Assembly: GCF_006345805.1 (NCBI RefSeq)
Contig: NC_042999.1
Location: 97,960,001 to 98,024,000, forward strand
DNA length: 64,000 bases
Reading direction: 5' to 3'
From: Octopus sinensis
Taxonomy: Eukaryota
Position numbers and translations under genes: made by a program. The notes under the pieces were generated by a model. It was not told the DNA's origin. It saw nothing but the letters and a program-made list of their open reading frames with translations, and did no database searches. Below, one piece after another: positions 25,700-41,158 of this stretch; the first letter of the stretch is position 1, and the number at the start of each line of letters is the position of its first letter.

Positions 25700-27600
25700 A
25701 TTACTATTATTACAATCATAATCACTGCTACTATCACCTCTACCATCACAATATAAACAGCCACCGTTACCATCAGTGACACTTCTACCACGACAATGGA
25801 CATTGTAACCACTCTTATTACAACTACCATTACCACTTCCACCACCACTTCCATCACTACTACAAAGCTAGGATCACCATCAACACCACCACCACCACCA
25901 CCACCTCGATTACCACCACCATTACCACCACCTTGATTACCACCATCACCACTACTACTTTCACTCCACTGCCACCGCCACCCTCATCACCATTATCACA
26001 ACCACCATCACCGGAACCACGTGGCTGGGAAGCAAGCTTCTTACTAACACAGCCACGCCTGCACCTACAGATTGTTCGCCTAATCTTCGATCTCAATGAC
26101 CATGTACTCATTTCCGTACACTCTCCCCGGTCGATGGACTACATACCATGCTACACAGCGGCAAAGAATTCCTCCAACTGTTCTTCGGGTTACATAAGGC
26201 AAACCCCTTGTTTTATTTTTAACCCCCCGAGGTATGCCATTTTGTATATTGCTTTTCCCTCGATGAATTTATCGGACAAGAAAGCACAGGTGTATCTCCC
26301 TCATTCTTTTTTTCTCTCTCGAGTTGAGCTATATCTTCATTTCCATTTGAACTCGTAACAATCAATGAATCAGTTCTCATGTCAGCTCAGTTGGATCATA
26401 GCTGATACGGGTACATGGGTGGTGGGGGACTGAAAAACAACGACATCAGCACCCTATCACTATCTAAACAGTACAATCAAATCTTTAATATTACCACCAA
26501 CACCAGCACCAGCACCAGCACCAGCACCACCACCACCACCACGACTGCCGCTGCCACCACCAGCGCCGCCGCAGCCACCACCACCACCAGCGCCGCCGCA
26601 GCCACCACCACCACCACCACCACCACCACCGCCGCCGCCGCCGTTACTGCCACCGTCGTTACCGCCACCGCAACTGTCGCCGCTACCATTGCCGCCATCG
26701 CTTCCGCTGTCGCCGCCACTATACCACCACTACAAATCCCCTCATCATCACTACCACCGTCCACATGCCCATGCACAAGTGCACGTCCTCCCTCTCATAC
26801 GCACACACGCACGCGCACGCGCACACACACATACACACCGTATTCACACACACACACACACACACACATACATACGTGCAAAACTGCATTGTTCTAACAA
26901 AAATAAATAAATGAATAAAAATCACATTGGATAATGTAATGTGAATTCCGGCGAACATTAAGGTTTAGAATAGAAAGATATTATCCCGATTGGAATGCCT
27001 TTGATCATAGATCTGCAGAGTCAGGACTGGTTGACCTAGGGCTAAACAACAGCAGTAACATGCCTTTCCCTCTTACTGCATCACCTCACACAATTAATAC
27101 ACTGACATCCATCATCCCTAGAACAACAACCTTCCCCACTTCCCCCAGGACTCACCACCACCACCGATGCCATCACCACTACCCCCCCCCCCCGCATCAC
27201 CACCACCCCTACCACTACCATCATCATTACATCGTCACTCCTCCATTCTGCGCTACCCCGTTACATTATCGCAATAAATACATCGCCGTCGCTGCCGCCG
27301 CCACCATCACCACCGCCTTGACCGCCACCGTTACTACCACCACCACCACCACCACCACTACCACTTCCACACTACCACCACCACCACCACCACTACCACC
27401 AAGACTACCACCATAACCCACCCACCACCATCGCCATCGCTATTACAATAAACACCTGAAACACAATTCAAGATATATATTTACACACACTATATTAACT
27501 CAAGACACCACCACCAAGACTGCCATTACTACTACTACTACTACTACTACTATACTACTACTACTACTACTACCACCACCACCACCACCACCACTAACAA
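25700..27600. repeat. (ACC)n/(GCC)n/(ACT)n trinucleotide-rich low-complexity region
   Basis: Several visible trinucleotide tracts interspersed with repeat fragments. Confidence 0.85.
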
Positions 27601-28357
27601 TCCCATCACGGAGACTATTGTCATAACAACTGTATTTAGAAATCGCGCACGTACACACATACCTGCATACGCACACATACACACATACATACACAAGTGC
27701 ATATCTAGAAACATGACTGCAAATATACATGCAACACAAGTACAAGAATACTGACTGTGGATCCTCCGTCAGTTTTAACGTTGAGTATTCAGATGATCAA
27801 TCAACTGAATCCTTAATCAGGAATTTATGTGTGAGTAATTTGATATTCCACGAGTACTCTTAACGTAGTCTCTCGTAGAATCAGCGCCACAAAGTATAAT
27901 CCGTTGGTTTTTATGACGTTTTTTTTATCCGTTGGTTATATGTAAAAACAATTTAACATTAAATTAAAAGATTGCTCAATACATTTTAGTAGATTACATA
28001 TTAACTTTTAAAAAGGAAGAGTTTGTCAGTGACTTTTAAATCTGATTTAATCGTAAGTAATAATAAAATTCAACATCAAACCAAAATAAATCGCTTAACC
28101 ATATTTTCTGTCAACCCACGCCCTATTAATAGATACTTTATTCCTGTTCTCTTTTAACCCTCCTTACTTACTATACACTACACCACACCTAATTGTCATG
28201 CTCTTAGCTCTATCTCCCCTGATAAAACATGGAAGAAAATGCCAAAGACTATACAAATAGGGAAAATAAAACTCAAGGAATGCAGAGATGAAAATTCGAA
28301 GTCATTGTCAGCATTTTCCTTGTAAAAGTTAACACACACACACACACACACACACAC

Positions 28358-29529
<1,172 letters not shown>

Positions 29530-29769
29530 GTATATATATATATATATATATGTGTGTGTGCATATATATATATATACATACACACACACACACACACACA
29601 TATATATATGTGTGTGTATGTATATATATATATATGCACACACATGCATATACATATACAAACACACACACACTCGCACACACACACGTATATATAGAGA
29701 CAAACAGAGACAGAGAGTGAGGTAATCTAGTTTTAATAATTTATCCAATCTAGATGTTTCTACTAACAG

Positions 29770-30350
29770 AGCTAGGAGCTCCTTGAGTTTTGTTAAATGT
29801 TATTTCCCAAGAACCCTTCCATATCATAAACTCTTCGATTCCATAACGTCAAGATTAGCTGTGCATTCTTAGGTAATATTGCTTCCAACATTGAACGCTA
29901 CGAGGCGAAAACACATTTAGAAAATTTTTTCCCATATCTCATCCTGTAACCACAGAATTTCTTCCAACTGCCTACAGGTGGTGTTTCTGCCTCTTAAAGT
30001 CATTGACCTATAGAGCTACCCTCACACCGTCCGGTGGTATCTCTAGGCACTACCAAGTTATGACTTTAAGGAAAGTTTCTGGCAAGAAACATTCCCCTTC
30101 AAGGGTAGGAACAATGAAACATCCATCCCCTTGTCCCAGTCCACCAGTAGACTCCGAGTCCGGGGACACGATTTCCGCAACATTGCATGAAAAATCATTG
30201 ACAGGGCCCTCTTTTCTCAACTGTGCATATTCCAGCAGTAAGTAGTATCCGTCGATAGGAAAACTAACATATCCTCATCAATGATACGCCCTTCAAACCA
30301 TTGTCCATTGAAAACCCGGAAATAACAACCCAAGCACAATAATAGGGTTT
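29770..30350 (+). mobile_element. Decayed Naiad-type Penelope C-terminal fragment
   Basis: YFPRTLPYHKLF..NVKISC and SCNHRISSNC..TYRATL parallel HFPHSHNYHKIFNRNSVKVSYSC and CNCR..VYKAKI at 36030-36677. Confidence 0.6.
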
Positions 30351-30865
30351 ATAATCAATGCTGCCTGTAGAGCTTACTGTTTATTGTCATCCGGCAACTA
30401 TGCTTGTCACGAAAACTCACATATAAACTTGACACTATCCCACCGGTTGCTTCTCTATGTGGTAACTGTTATTGAAATGTCACACTTTACAGAATGCCGA
30501 CTAACTGACGCCAAGTTTCAGTTTGTTCAACCACTTGGAGTAGGCAATGAGCGAAATTATGTCATTAAAATAGTTAAAGCACCAGCGTGATATGAAACGA
30601 CCAGCTGAAGGTTGAATACTCTCACCTAGAAGACACTGACACCGAATATCAGATGATGGGGAAGAATTTAGAACCCACAAAACTTAAGATTACTTGGAAC
30701 CGAAACAACCCGTTCTTAAATACATACAACTACAACTAAATATGTTGAATGTTTCTTTCGTTTATTGAACGAATCTTAAGGGTACAGGACGTCAGCAACG
30801 GTTCAAACAACATAAAATACGCCAGCAAACGAGTTAAACCCTGTACCCATACATACATGTGTGTA

Positions 30866-30985
<120 letters not shown>

Positions 30986-31095
30986 GGGAATAAACTATTA
31001 TTCCAATCTTCCAGGTAAATTTCAGTATAATAATATTTGACCGAATTTCGTAATATATAATATATAATATATGTACATATATATTATATATTATA

Positions 31096-31144
<49 letters not shown>

Positions 31145-31187
31145 TATATATATACATGTATATATGGGTACAGGACGTCACCAACTG

Positions 31188-31234
<47 letters not shown>

Positions 31235-31350
31235 TCTATATATATATATACAGACACAGGTGATATTGCAGAATTTACCCGGCACGCCTACACACCAACC
31301 CACATGCATAATTATGTATGTAGGTTAAATACGTGCATAATTACTCGCAA

Positions 31351-31398
<48 letters not shown>

Positions 31399-32215
31399 CC
31401 ATTAACAGATGCACAACTTAAAAAAATATACTCATGCATCTCATACGATGGACGTAATTACATGAGCCGCACACATACGAACACACTCACACATACGTCA
31501 TCTCACACACACGCACATAGGTACATACATCCATATACAGATGCACCAACGATTGCACACAAAGTAATACATAGCTTCCCGCATATTCACCAATATACAA
31601 AGAACATATATTCACACTCATACGCAAAACAAACAATTTACAGGATAGACATAATTGCATACACCTACACACATATGCATACATACACCCAAATATACAA
31701 ATACACATATATATATAATTAAACATTTATACACTCTCGTACAAACATACACATACACAGCCATAATTACCTACGATCACATATAAAAGCAGATACAAAC
31801 TTACACATAGTTACACACAATCACATACACACACAGGCGCAAGTGCGCACACAATACACACACACATGCGCGCGCACATACAAACGATCAACTCACGCAA
31901 TAAACGTAGTTAGCCGATGGTGGAACATATCTGTGATCGATCGACCTGCTTTGAAAAGATGGCAGAATTCCTCAAATTGCGTTTATATAGAATGCGGGAC
32001 ACGTTGTAGTTAGTGCTAGACATTCACCGAGACGGAAATAGTCGACGGCTTTCATAACAGAGCTGACCGCAAGCTAAACAACAACTAGGCAAACATAATT
32101 ACACACACACACACACGTACACACACACACACACACAAACACGCACACACACACAAACACAAACACACACACACATACAAACACGCACACATGCACACAC
32201 ACACACACACATACA

Positions 32216-32253
<38 letters not shown>

Positions 32254-32298
32254 AACACGCACACACGCACACACACACACACACATAAAAACACGCAC

Positions 32299-32351
<53 letters not shown>

Positions 32352-32605
32352 ACCGAGCCGATCCCACGTAAATTGTCAGTAAACATTTCAAATTCAGTTC
32401 CGCAACTTCATTACGACTAATTATTTCTAACTTCTCTTACTCATCATAATTATTATTTATCAAACAACGTTATTTTAAGTTTCACATACATACATACATA
32501 CATACATACATACATACATACATACATACATGCATACATGCATACATACATACATACATACATACATACATACATACAACATACATACATACTACATACA
32601 TACAT

Positions 32606-32709
32606 ACCCTGTTGTTGAAGTTGGAATTCCAATGAAGCAACCTTGGATCTAGGTTAGAAACCGGTTCTTTCTCTACTGGCAAGAATTTTTGAAATAAACT
32701 GAATAATGA
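32606..32709 (+). mobile_element. 3' terminus of R4/Dong-like element (subfamily 1) within (CATA)n
   Basis: Matches the reverse complement of 61670-61772; (CATA)n on both sides. Confidence 0.75.
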
Positions 32710-32756
32710 CATACATACATGCATACATACATACATACATACATACATACATACAT

Positions 32757-33126
32757 CTCTAGTACTCTAACTATAAATCCTCACTTGTGCCTATCGTTAT
32801 AAGTGCATTAGACTATGTACCAATAAATTGTCCACAGACACTTAGAAGTATTCGGTTTCAAGAAGAGTAAAAAAAAAAAAAGCTGACTCGGATTTTCCAA
32901 ATCCAATCTATTTGTGGCACAGAGAAGATATTCCGAAGATTCTCCATTTGAAATCATTATATGAATAGCAGCACACACTTGGACGCATGCGTCGACAGCT
33001 CAGCCAACACACCAACTCGACCACATATTTACAAACACCGAGAACTCTCTTAACTCAAGAAGTTTTGATGCTTTGTTAGCGACGGGCATGAACTTTCTGA
33101 AGAACTTACATAAAACTCAGAGAAAT
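32757..33126 (+). mobile_element. 3' end of R4/Dong-like element (subfamily 2) within (CATA)n
   Basis: VPIVISALDYV and LTRIFQIQSICGT, then a 3' UTR homologous to the reverse complement of 63026-63320. Confidence 0.75.
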
Positions 33127-33486
33127 CATACATACATACGTACATACATACATACATACATACATACACACATACATACATACATACATACATACATACA
33201 TACATACATACATACATACATACGTACATACATACATACATACATACATACATACATACACACAAACACACACACACATACATACACACATACATACATA
33301 CATACATACATACATACACACATACGTACATACATACATACATACATACATACACACACACATACACTACATACATGCATACATACATACATACATACAT
33401 ACATACATACATACATACATACATACACACATACGTACATACATACATACATGCACATACATACATGCATACATACATACACATAC

Positions 33487-34130
33487 AAAAGTGGCAACAA
33501 AACCCTTGGGTCTCCAAGATACAACCGAATATGTAGATTATGTCATATTTCTGTGGAAGACGTCACACAAGTGATTATAAGCTGCCCCAAAATGTCATCA
33601 AGTTACTACCTCCCTATGCGACACGACGTTGTCGCAAAAACTATATACAATTCCATCCAGAAAAAAAGAGTGTCTTGGAATAAATATAGAGAGTCCTCCT
33701 GCTGCTGAATACATACACAAACATCAATGCTAGGAATACTGGTGGAACATTGCCATCAAAACATCTGTTAAATGTAAACATAACAGGCCGGAAATTGCTT
33801 GGGACAGACAAAAATGTATGTACCATCATAAAGGTCAGCTGTCCTGCTGATGTGAATATCTCTTTGATTATAGATTCACATTTATACCGATGATAATTGG
33901 TGCACTTGATTTTGTGAGTAAAGCGTAAATGACAATCTTGGTTAAGCTAGGGATTTCAGAAAAAGAAATCAACTAACATTACAAATACAAGCTGTTAAGT
34001 TGAACAGTAAAAATATGCAAGACTTTTGTCAAGTTTAAAATGTCACATTGTTTTTGTTATCTATATGGCGCTCGTATCTTTGTTAGAAACCAGATTCTTC
34101 CTCAGAGGAAGAATTTAAATAATTAAAAAC
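33487..34130 (+). mobile_element. R4/Dong-like element: zinc knuckle and RLE endonuclease fragment
   Basis: CRLCHISVEDVTQVIISCPKMSSSYYLPMRHDVVAKTIY, then KHNRPEI..WD and VSCPADVN; begins directly after (CATA)n; the 3' UTR motif gttagaaacc is shared with 32650. Confidence 0.85.
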
Positions 34131-35395
34131 AGAAGAAAACACACAGACACACACGAATATATATTTATAGTTACATATGTATATATGTATATGTGTGTGT
34201 GTATATAAATATATATACAAGGACACTATACAGTGGCATACATATATACATATACGAATTTATATTTTTATGTATTTATATGTATATATGTATGTGTGTG
34301 TGTATGTGTGTGTATATACATACATACATACAAGGACACTATACTGCGATAATCTAATATTTAGAGGCCCTCAAGTATTCAATTGCTTTCTTTGGCAATC
34401 AGAAACACAGAAGGAACTTGTATCGAAACATTGAAGAAAACACTGGAGAGATTCCTAACCAATATACCAGAACAGACAACTATACAAAATTACACTTAAC
34501 ACTACTGAAAAAGAAAACATAGTAGTAAATAAACAAAGATAAGGCAATGCTCCAGCTTGGCCGCAGTTCATTGAGTGAGTCCACTAAAAGAATAAATTTG
34601 CTATTCAGTCTTACAGTCTTTTTCTGTTTGTAGCTTATATTTTTGCGAACTCTCTCCATGATATTGCAAAATTATTGCTTAAAAATCACGTTTTTCGTAT
34701 GTTTCAGGTGCATGGATTACTCAAAAGAGAAGAATTTTATTACTTGTCTTATCAATATAGAAATATATATATTCTTGTTTTATGGCATAAAGGGGATACA
34801 AAATAGCACGCGCAGAAACAGACTCTGGCGTACATTAAAAAAGAGTTACACACACACATATATAGATGTATGCAAAATAGACGAGCACACACAGACAAAG
34901 ACTAGACATTCATAAACACGCATATACACACACACACAGAATGAGCATACACAGACACAAAGACATAATTACATACAACCAGATCGTTACACATATACAT
35001 ATAATATCCTGGCATTTTCTGAATGAACAATATTTTAGCATACATGAGCGCGAGACAAAGAGAGAAAGAGTGTGTGTGTGTGTGTGTGTGTGTGTGAGGG
35101 GAAAAGAAAAAGAGAGAGGGTGTGAGAGAAAGAAATAGTCAGGGATATAGAGATATAGAGAAGGAGATGAATATAAAGAAGGGAGAGTAATGTAAGAGAT
35201 GACAATAATGTTCAAAGGCTGTCATTGTAGCGAGATATATTTGTGTTCGCCACATAAGTATAGTGTGTGTTTGCATATACATTTATATCTTTGCATCTAC
35301 CAGTGTATGTATGAATGTACATACATATATATGTACATGCATACATAATGGGTGTATGAGTTACACGCTGACGGTACTAAAGGCATTCATTGCTA

Positions 35396-35458
<63 letters not shown>

Positions 35459-35689
35459 CAACATTATTCATTATAAAAAAGACATTACATATGTACACAC
35501 ACGTATACACACACATGCACGTGCACACGCACACAAACATGTGATTATTTTTATATTCAGATATGTTTATCCTATTCTCTTTCACACTTTTATCATGTAT
35601 ATATATATATATATATATACACGTAAATGTCGAACGATGAAAATGAGTGCTCAACACCGCATTGGTGGATAGAATTTCTTTATTTGTGA

Positions 35690-36925
35690 ATCAAGGCGAC
35701 CATTGGTTTCACGTTAACAAAACTAGGAAAATATCCCAGTGTCTTAACAATTTTTCAAGCCGATAACATGGAGAAAAGTGTTCGCCTCCATTTTGGAAAA
35801 CAATCTCGTTTAGTTCACGGGGCCCCTCGTAAATTAACGTGAATGAAACAATGAATCAATGAATCAATGAATCAAGGGACGTTATTCTTGGGTAGCTTCT
35901 TTTGGATGTTTGTCTCCCTTGGATTTGTCTTTTGGGCAAATTTTTTTTTGTGGTCAATTCGTTTGCATTATTTTGCTTTCGTTCTCGGCATGGTGTTCTT
36001 ATACTTGTGTGCTGACGTTTCGGAAGAAGCTATCCTGGTTGTGTTTCCTTCGCAGATTGGGGCTCTTCTTTGAAATATTTGAGTGTAAAATATTGCTTGT
36101 GTATGCAAGCAGAGAAGGTTTCATCCCTAATGTTTAGGATGTTATCTGTTGATTGTATAATGCATAATTGTTCAGTAATACGGAGTTTACATTTGGTATC
36201 CCGTCCTCTGTATTTTTTGGCTTTAGCAATAATTTTCCATTCTATTTGGGGGTTGTTTATTCTACCTTCTTTCAATGTCCATATCATATTTAACATAGCT
36301 GTTGCAGGATTTTTGTTTTTGTCTCTGAATGACGCCAGATGTTGTGTATACCTTTCCTTGAACGAGTTGCCCGTAATTCCGACGTATGTTTTTGTTATTC
36401 CGTTGGGGTCTGTGATTTTGGCTTTGTATACGAATTCTTTCTCGAGACAGTTGTTGTTTAGAGGGCAGCTGTTTGGGGATCTACAGTTGCATTGTCTCTC
36501 GGGGTGTTTCTGGTATGTTTATGCTTATTGTGATTGAGTATTACTGACCCTATATTGGAGAGGCAACTATAGCTAACTTTAACACTATTTCTGTTGAAGA
36601 TCTTGTGGTAATTGTGTGAATGTGGAAAGTGGTTGTCTATTAGTTTTAAGACTTTCCTAGTTGTGTTAGTAGCTACAAATTAACCACACAAAAGTTTGCC
36701 CCCAAAAAACAAATCCAAAAGATGCCACCCAAGAATAACATCCCTTGATCCATTGATTCAATGTTTTATTCACGTGAAATTACGAGAAACATCGTGAACT
36801 AGACGAGACTGTTTCCCAAAATGGAGGCGGAGACTTTTCTCCATGTGATCGGTTTGAAAAATTGTCAAGACTCCAGGATATTTTCCTACTTTTCTTAACA
36901 TGAAAGCAATGGGAGCCTTAATTCA
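35690..36925 (-). mobile_element. Naiad-type Penelope fragment (linker + GIY-YIG) between diverged inverted repeats
   Basis: 36677 to 36030 reads KIFNRNSVKVSYSC, CNCRSPNSCPLNNNC (CxCx5Cx5C), VYKAKI..TYVGITGNSFKERYTQH and IEWKII. Inverted repeats at 35690-35945 and 36690-36925. Confidence 0.9.
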
Positions 36926-37064
36926 CACATACACGCACACGCACACGCACGCATGCACGCACACCATAAAACATACTGTAAAGAGACTGGTGTTTGTGTG
37001 CGTTAGAAAAATTCATTTAAGAAAATCGGTAAAAAGAGTACAGTGGACATGCTGAGCGAAGCGA

Positions 37065-37104
37065 AACCCAACGTTTCGGACAGAGACCTTCTTCGGAAAA
37101 AGTT
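37065..37104 (-). ncRNA. Decayed hammerhead-like motif (core CCGAAGA)
   Basis: Minus strand ttt-CCGAAGA-a-GG tctctgt CC-GAAAC-GTT-ggg; stem I only by G-U wobble. Confidence 0.4.
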
Positions 37105-37600
37105 GACCAAAGAAAATTTAGGGAGACACAACAGAGTTGTACATCTTCTAAGTTAGAAATACTGCAACTAATAACGAATGCAGAACTACGGGAGTTTCAT
37201 AGATGGTTGAAGAGGGGAACAGGTGAGGGAGGCAGATGAAAAGGGGAATGGAATGAGGAGGAGAAGCGGGTGAAGCCGATAGTGTGGTGAAGGGAAAAAT
37301 GAAGAGAAAGAGGACTTGGAGGATAAGTAAAGGTATAAAGAAAGATTTTCCTTGTATTCATACAACTGCTCTTAGTTTATTTTATGTATGTGTGTGTGTG
37401 TGTGCGTGTGTTTGTGTGAGTGTATATGTGTATGTGTGTGTGTATTTGTGTGTGTATACACACATATATGTATTTATGGATGATGACATGTATATGCGCG
37501 CGCGTGTGTGAGCATATTTTGTGTGTGTGCGCGCGGCGCGTGAGCTTGTATGTGTATGTGTGCGTGTGTGTCACAATAATGTTCTGTCCTTGTAGTGTAG

Positions 37601-37840
37601 AGAATCTCATGTTTCAATGATTCTAACTGCTATGGTAGCGGAGCGCAACGCCTGGTAGAGTCTCTCATGTTGTACAAGTCAAAGGCTAGAGGTCAATCTA
37701 TTACGAGCTACTACTTGCCTGACGTGAAAATGGGTTTGCGTTGGGCCAACACCAATATAGAAAAGCGCAAAGATGCAGAAACATTTATGACTATTGAAAA
37801 CCAGCCTAGGAAAACAAGGCTTTCCACCAGGAAAACATGA
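37601..37840 (+). CDS. Candidate terminal coding exon, product unknown
   Basis: Pyrimidine-rich ttctgtccttgtagtgtag followed by 79 stop-free codons (RISCFNDSNC...RLSTRKT*) of non-repetitive sequence; no recognised motif. Confidence 0.25.
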   Translation, partial: RISCFNDSNCYGSGAQRLVESLMLYKSKARGQSITSYYLPDVKMGLRWANTNIEKRKDAETFMTIENQPRKTRLSTRKT

Positions 37841-38414
37841 TGCGGTGCTGTAAAACCAGACACGAAAAAGCAAAGATACGATTAGAGAGAAATAGAAACG
37901 ACACCTCAGTATCGAGAACACTGAAGAAAGTCGTTGTTCGCTTATCTAGCGCTCGCCTAAGTAGTGAAGAATCTAAGCAGGCACACACACGCACACACAT
38001 ACACACACACACACGCACATACACACATTCATATATATATATATATATATATACACTTAAATGTATATATACATACATATACATATAATCTAAATATATA
38101 TTTAACTATCTTGGAAACGTCTGAACAACTCGTACACTTGTGTGTAGCTCATAGACTTCCCGCCATACACTTTCTGCAACTTTGCGCTGGCTTCTGAGCA
38201 AGTATCACCATGACAAATTTCTGTCATGATCAATGCGATGATCACACGCTACACACATTCCTTCCAAGTACTGCTATAAACAGGAGAAGTGAACTAGAAC
38301 GTTAAAACTTAGTGTGCATGCACAACAGAGTCCAAACTGTGCCAAGCAGCTTTAGTCTGCGTGCTTTAACTTCGTTACTATAGCAACAGTCCGGATACTT
38401 ATTGATCAGACTTC

Positions 38415-38461
<47 letters not shown>

Positions 38462-38559
38462 TAAAATTTTTAAATCTTTAAATTGTTTCAGCTTCAAAGC
38501 TGCAATTATGCTAGGTCACTAGGTCACCACCGTTGATTGTACTAAACCATTATTTGAAA

Positions 38560-39376
38560 CTTCCTTTGATATGTGGCATTTGGTGAATGAGGAAGTTCTA
38601 GGGAGAAGAATTTTAATTCTATCAGTCTTTCTCAATAGCTGATACGTTGCATTGAGACATCTGCATAGCTAGCAAGGATGGCTATCTGAGCCACTGAGGG
38701 CATGTCTGAGAGGGTTACTATGAATAGCAGTGGCCCCAAGACAGTGCCCTGTGGAACACCACTTATCTTTGTGTTTCCTTTGAGGTAGCTCCATTGGCCA
38801 CCACTTCCTGATGTTTATCTTTTAGGAAGTCGTGCAGCCACTCTAAGTTTTCCGACTATGCCGAGATTACGCAGTTTGTGCCATATCATACATAGTCGAC
38901 TTTATCAAAGGTTTTTGCAAAGTTGAGATATATTACATCCACATTTGAGTCATTTCGCAGCTGTTTTAATACCCAGTCATTGTGATGCAAGAGCTGTGTT
39001 AGGCAGCTTCTACCTGGTCGAAATCCATGCTGGGTGTCAGTAATCAAGTAATTTTCTTCAAGGAATGAGATTAGTTTCTTGCGGACTATTCGTTCCTTGA
39101 CTTTGCTGATGTGTGAGGTCAGAGAGATAGGCCTATAAAGTTTAGCATCTGCTCTGCTTCCTCCCTTATAGATAGGACATATTATCCTTTCCTTCAGTTT
39201 GTCTGGGAGCTTAACACTTGCAAGAAAGCTCTGAAAAAGAAGCTGCAGTGGTTTTGCAATGCTTCGTTTGCATGATTTCAGAAGGACCTCTGGAAATCCA
39301 TCAGGGCCAGTAGCTGAGTTTGTGTCAACTTCATCTATGGCCAGTGTTACATCTTCTTTAATGTTGATGTAACCAA
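38560..39376 (-). mobile_element. CR1/L2/Jockey-group LINE reverse transcriptase fragment, copy 1
   Basis: YRPISLTSHISK, QHGFRPGRSCLTQLL, VDVIYLNFAKTFDKVD, SGVPQGTVLGPLLF. Confidence 0.9.
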
Positions 39377-39380
39377 TATA

Positions 39381-39425
<45 letters not shown>

Positions 39426-39523
39426 TAAAATTTTTAAATCTTTAAATTGTTTCAGCTTCAAAGCTGCAATTATGCTAGGTCACTAGGTCACCACCGTTGA
39501 TTGTACTAAACCATTATTTGAAA

Positions 39524-40336
39524 CTTCCTTTGATATGTGGCATTTGGTGAATGAGGAAGTTCTAGGGAGAAGAATTTTAATTCTATCAGTCTTTCTCAAT
39601 AGCTGATACGTTGCATTGAGACATCTGCATAGCTAGCAAGGATGGCTATCTGAGCCACTGAGGGCATGTCTGAGAGGGTTACTATGAATAGCAGTGGCCC
39701 CAAGACAGTGCCCTGTGGAACACCACTTAATCTTTGTGTTTCCTTTGAGGTAGCTCCATTGGCCACCACTTCCTGATGTTTATCTTTTAGGAAGTCGTGC
39801 AGCCACTCTAAGTTTTCCGACTATGCCGAGATTACGCAGTTTGTGCCATATCATACCATAGTCGACTTTATCAAAGGTTTTTGCAAAGTTGAGATATATT
39901 ACATCCACATTTGAGTCATTTCGCAGCTGTTTTAATACCCAGTCATTGTGATGCAAGAGCTGTGTTAGGCAGCTTCTACCTGGTCGAAATCCATGCTGGG
40001 TGTCAGTAATCAAGTAATTTTCTTCAAGGAATGAGATTAGTTTCTTGCGGACTATTCGTTCCTTGACTTTGCTGATGTGTGAGGTCAGAGAGATAGGCCT
40101 ATAAAGTTTAGCATCTGCTCTGCTTCCTCCCTTATAGATAGGACATATTATCCTTTCCTTCAGTTTGTCTGGGAGCTTAACACTTGCAAGAAAGCTCTGA
40201 AAAAGAAGCTGCAGTGGTTTTGCAATGCTTCGTTTGCATGATTTCAGAAGGACCTCTGGAATCCATCAGGGCCAGTAGCTGAGTTTGTGTCAACTTCATC
40301 TAGGCCAGTGTTACATCTTCTTTAATGTTGATGTAA

Positions 40337-40340
<4 letters not shown>
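39524..40340 (-). mobile_element. Same LINE RT fragment, copy 2 (tandem duplication, offset 964 bp)
   Basis: 38458-39376 is nearly identical to 39422-40340. Confidence 0.9.
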
Positions 40341-40385
<45 letters not shown>

Positions 40386-40605
40386 GTATAAAAATAAGGA
40401 TTACTCCGAAGTAGTAATAACATTGCCTTTAATTCGACTGATATACAGTGACTAATATACACTTAAATTTCATTAAGTAGGAACTAATAAAAGTACTTCT
40501 AATAAACTAATATTATAAACCTTGCTAAGTTTAAAGAAATAAAACCGCAAGTATTAACACTTACATGTTAAATTCTTAATTCTATAAATTTACGTGCGCC
40601 TATGT

Positions 40606-40676
<71 letters not shown>

Positions 40677-40677
40677 T

Positions 40678-40985
40678 ATATAATTATAAACATAATTATA
40701 ATTATGGTTTAGCAAAATTGCTTGACCACATACCGAAATTTAGAAATAGCAGTTAAATGCTATTCTACTACCATAAGACAGCAATACTCTCAACTCACAC
40801 AGGCAAAGTGAAAAAATAACGAAGCCACCCGGCTTTGATTTTGATTTTGCTAAACTCTAATTATAATTATGTTTATAATTATAATAATTTTTGTATAAGT
40901 TTAACGATAGTGGTTCTTTTAACATACCGAACTACTTGGTAAGATTATTAATTATAAATTGATTAATCAATTTTACCCTTTGTTA
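40678..40985. mobile_element. Short fold-back relative of the 28463-29529 family
   Basis: Inverted arms ataattataaacataattataatta..tttagcaaaa and ttttgctaaa..taattataattatgtttataattat; shares cata(c/t)gaa..tacttggt..aattttaccct with 29455-29515. Confidence 0.6.
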
Positions 40986-41003
40986 TTATTATTATTATTA
41001 TTA

Positions 41004-41098
<95 letters not shown>

Positions 41099-41106
41099 AT
41101 ATATAT

Positions 41107-41158
<52 letters not shown>

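Noticed and set aside
30645-30720. CAGATGA...CCGAAAC..GTT downstream of the decayed Naiad fragment, and a similar motif near 53436-53490(-)
   Set aside because: The stems cannot be formed convincingly.
34708-34915. Acceptor-like tttcag followed by open frames (also near 1930 and 5920)
   Set aside because: No recognisable protein or clear donor; too weak to call exons.
36440-36495. Selenocysteine-type Naiad
   Set aside because: All linker cysteines are TGC/TGT; there is no in-frame TGA.
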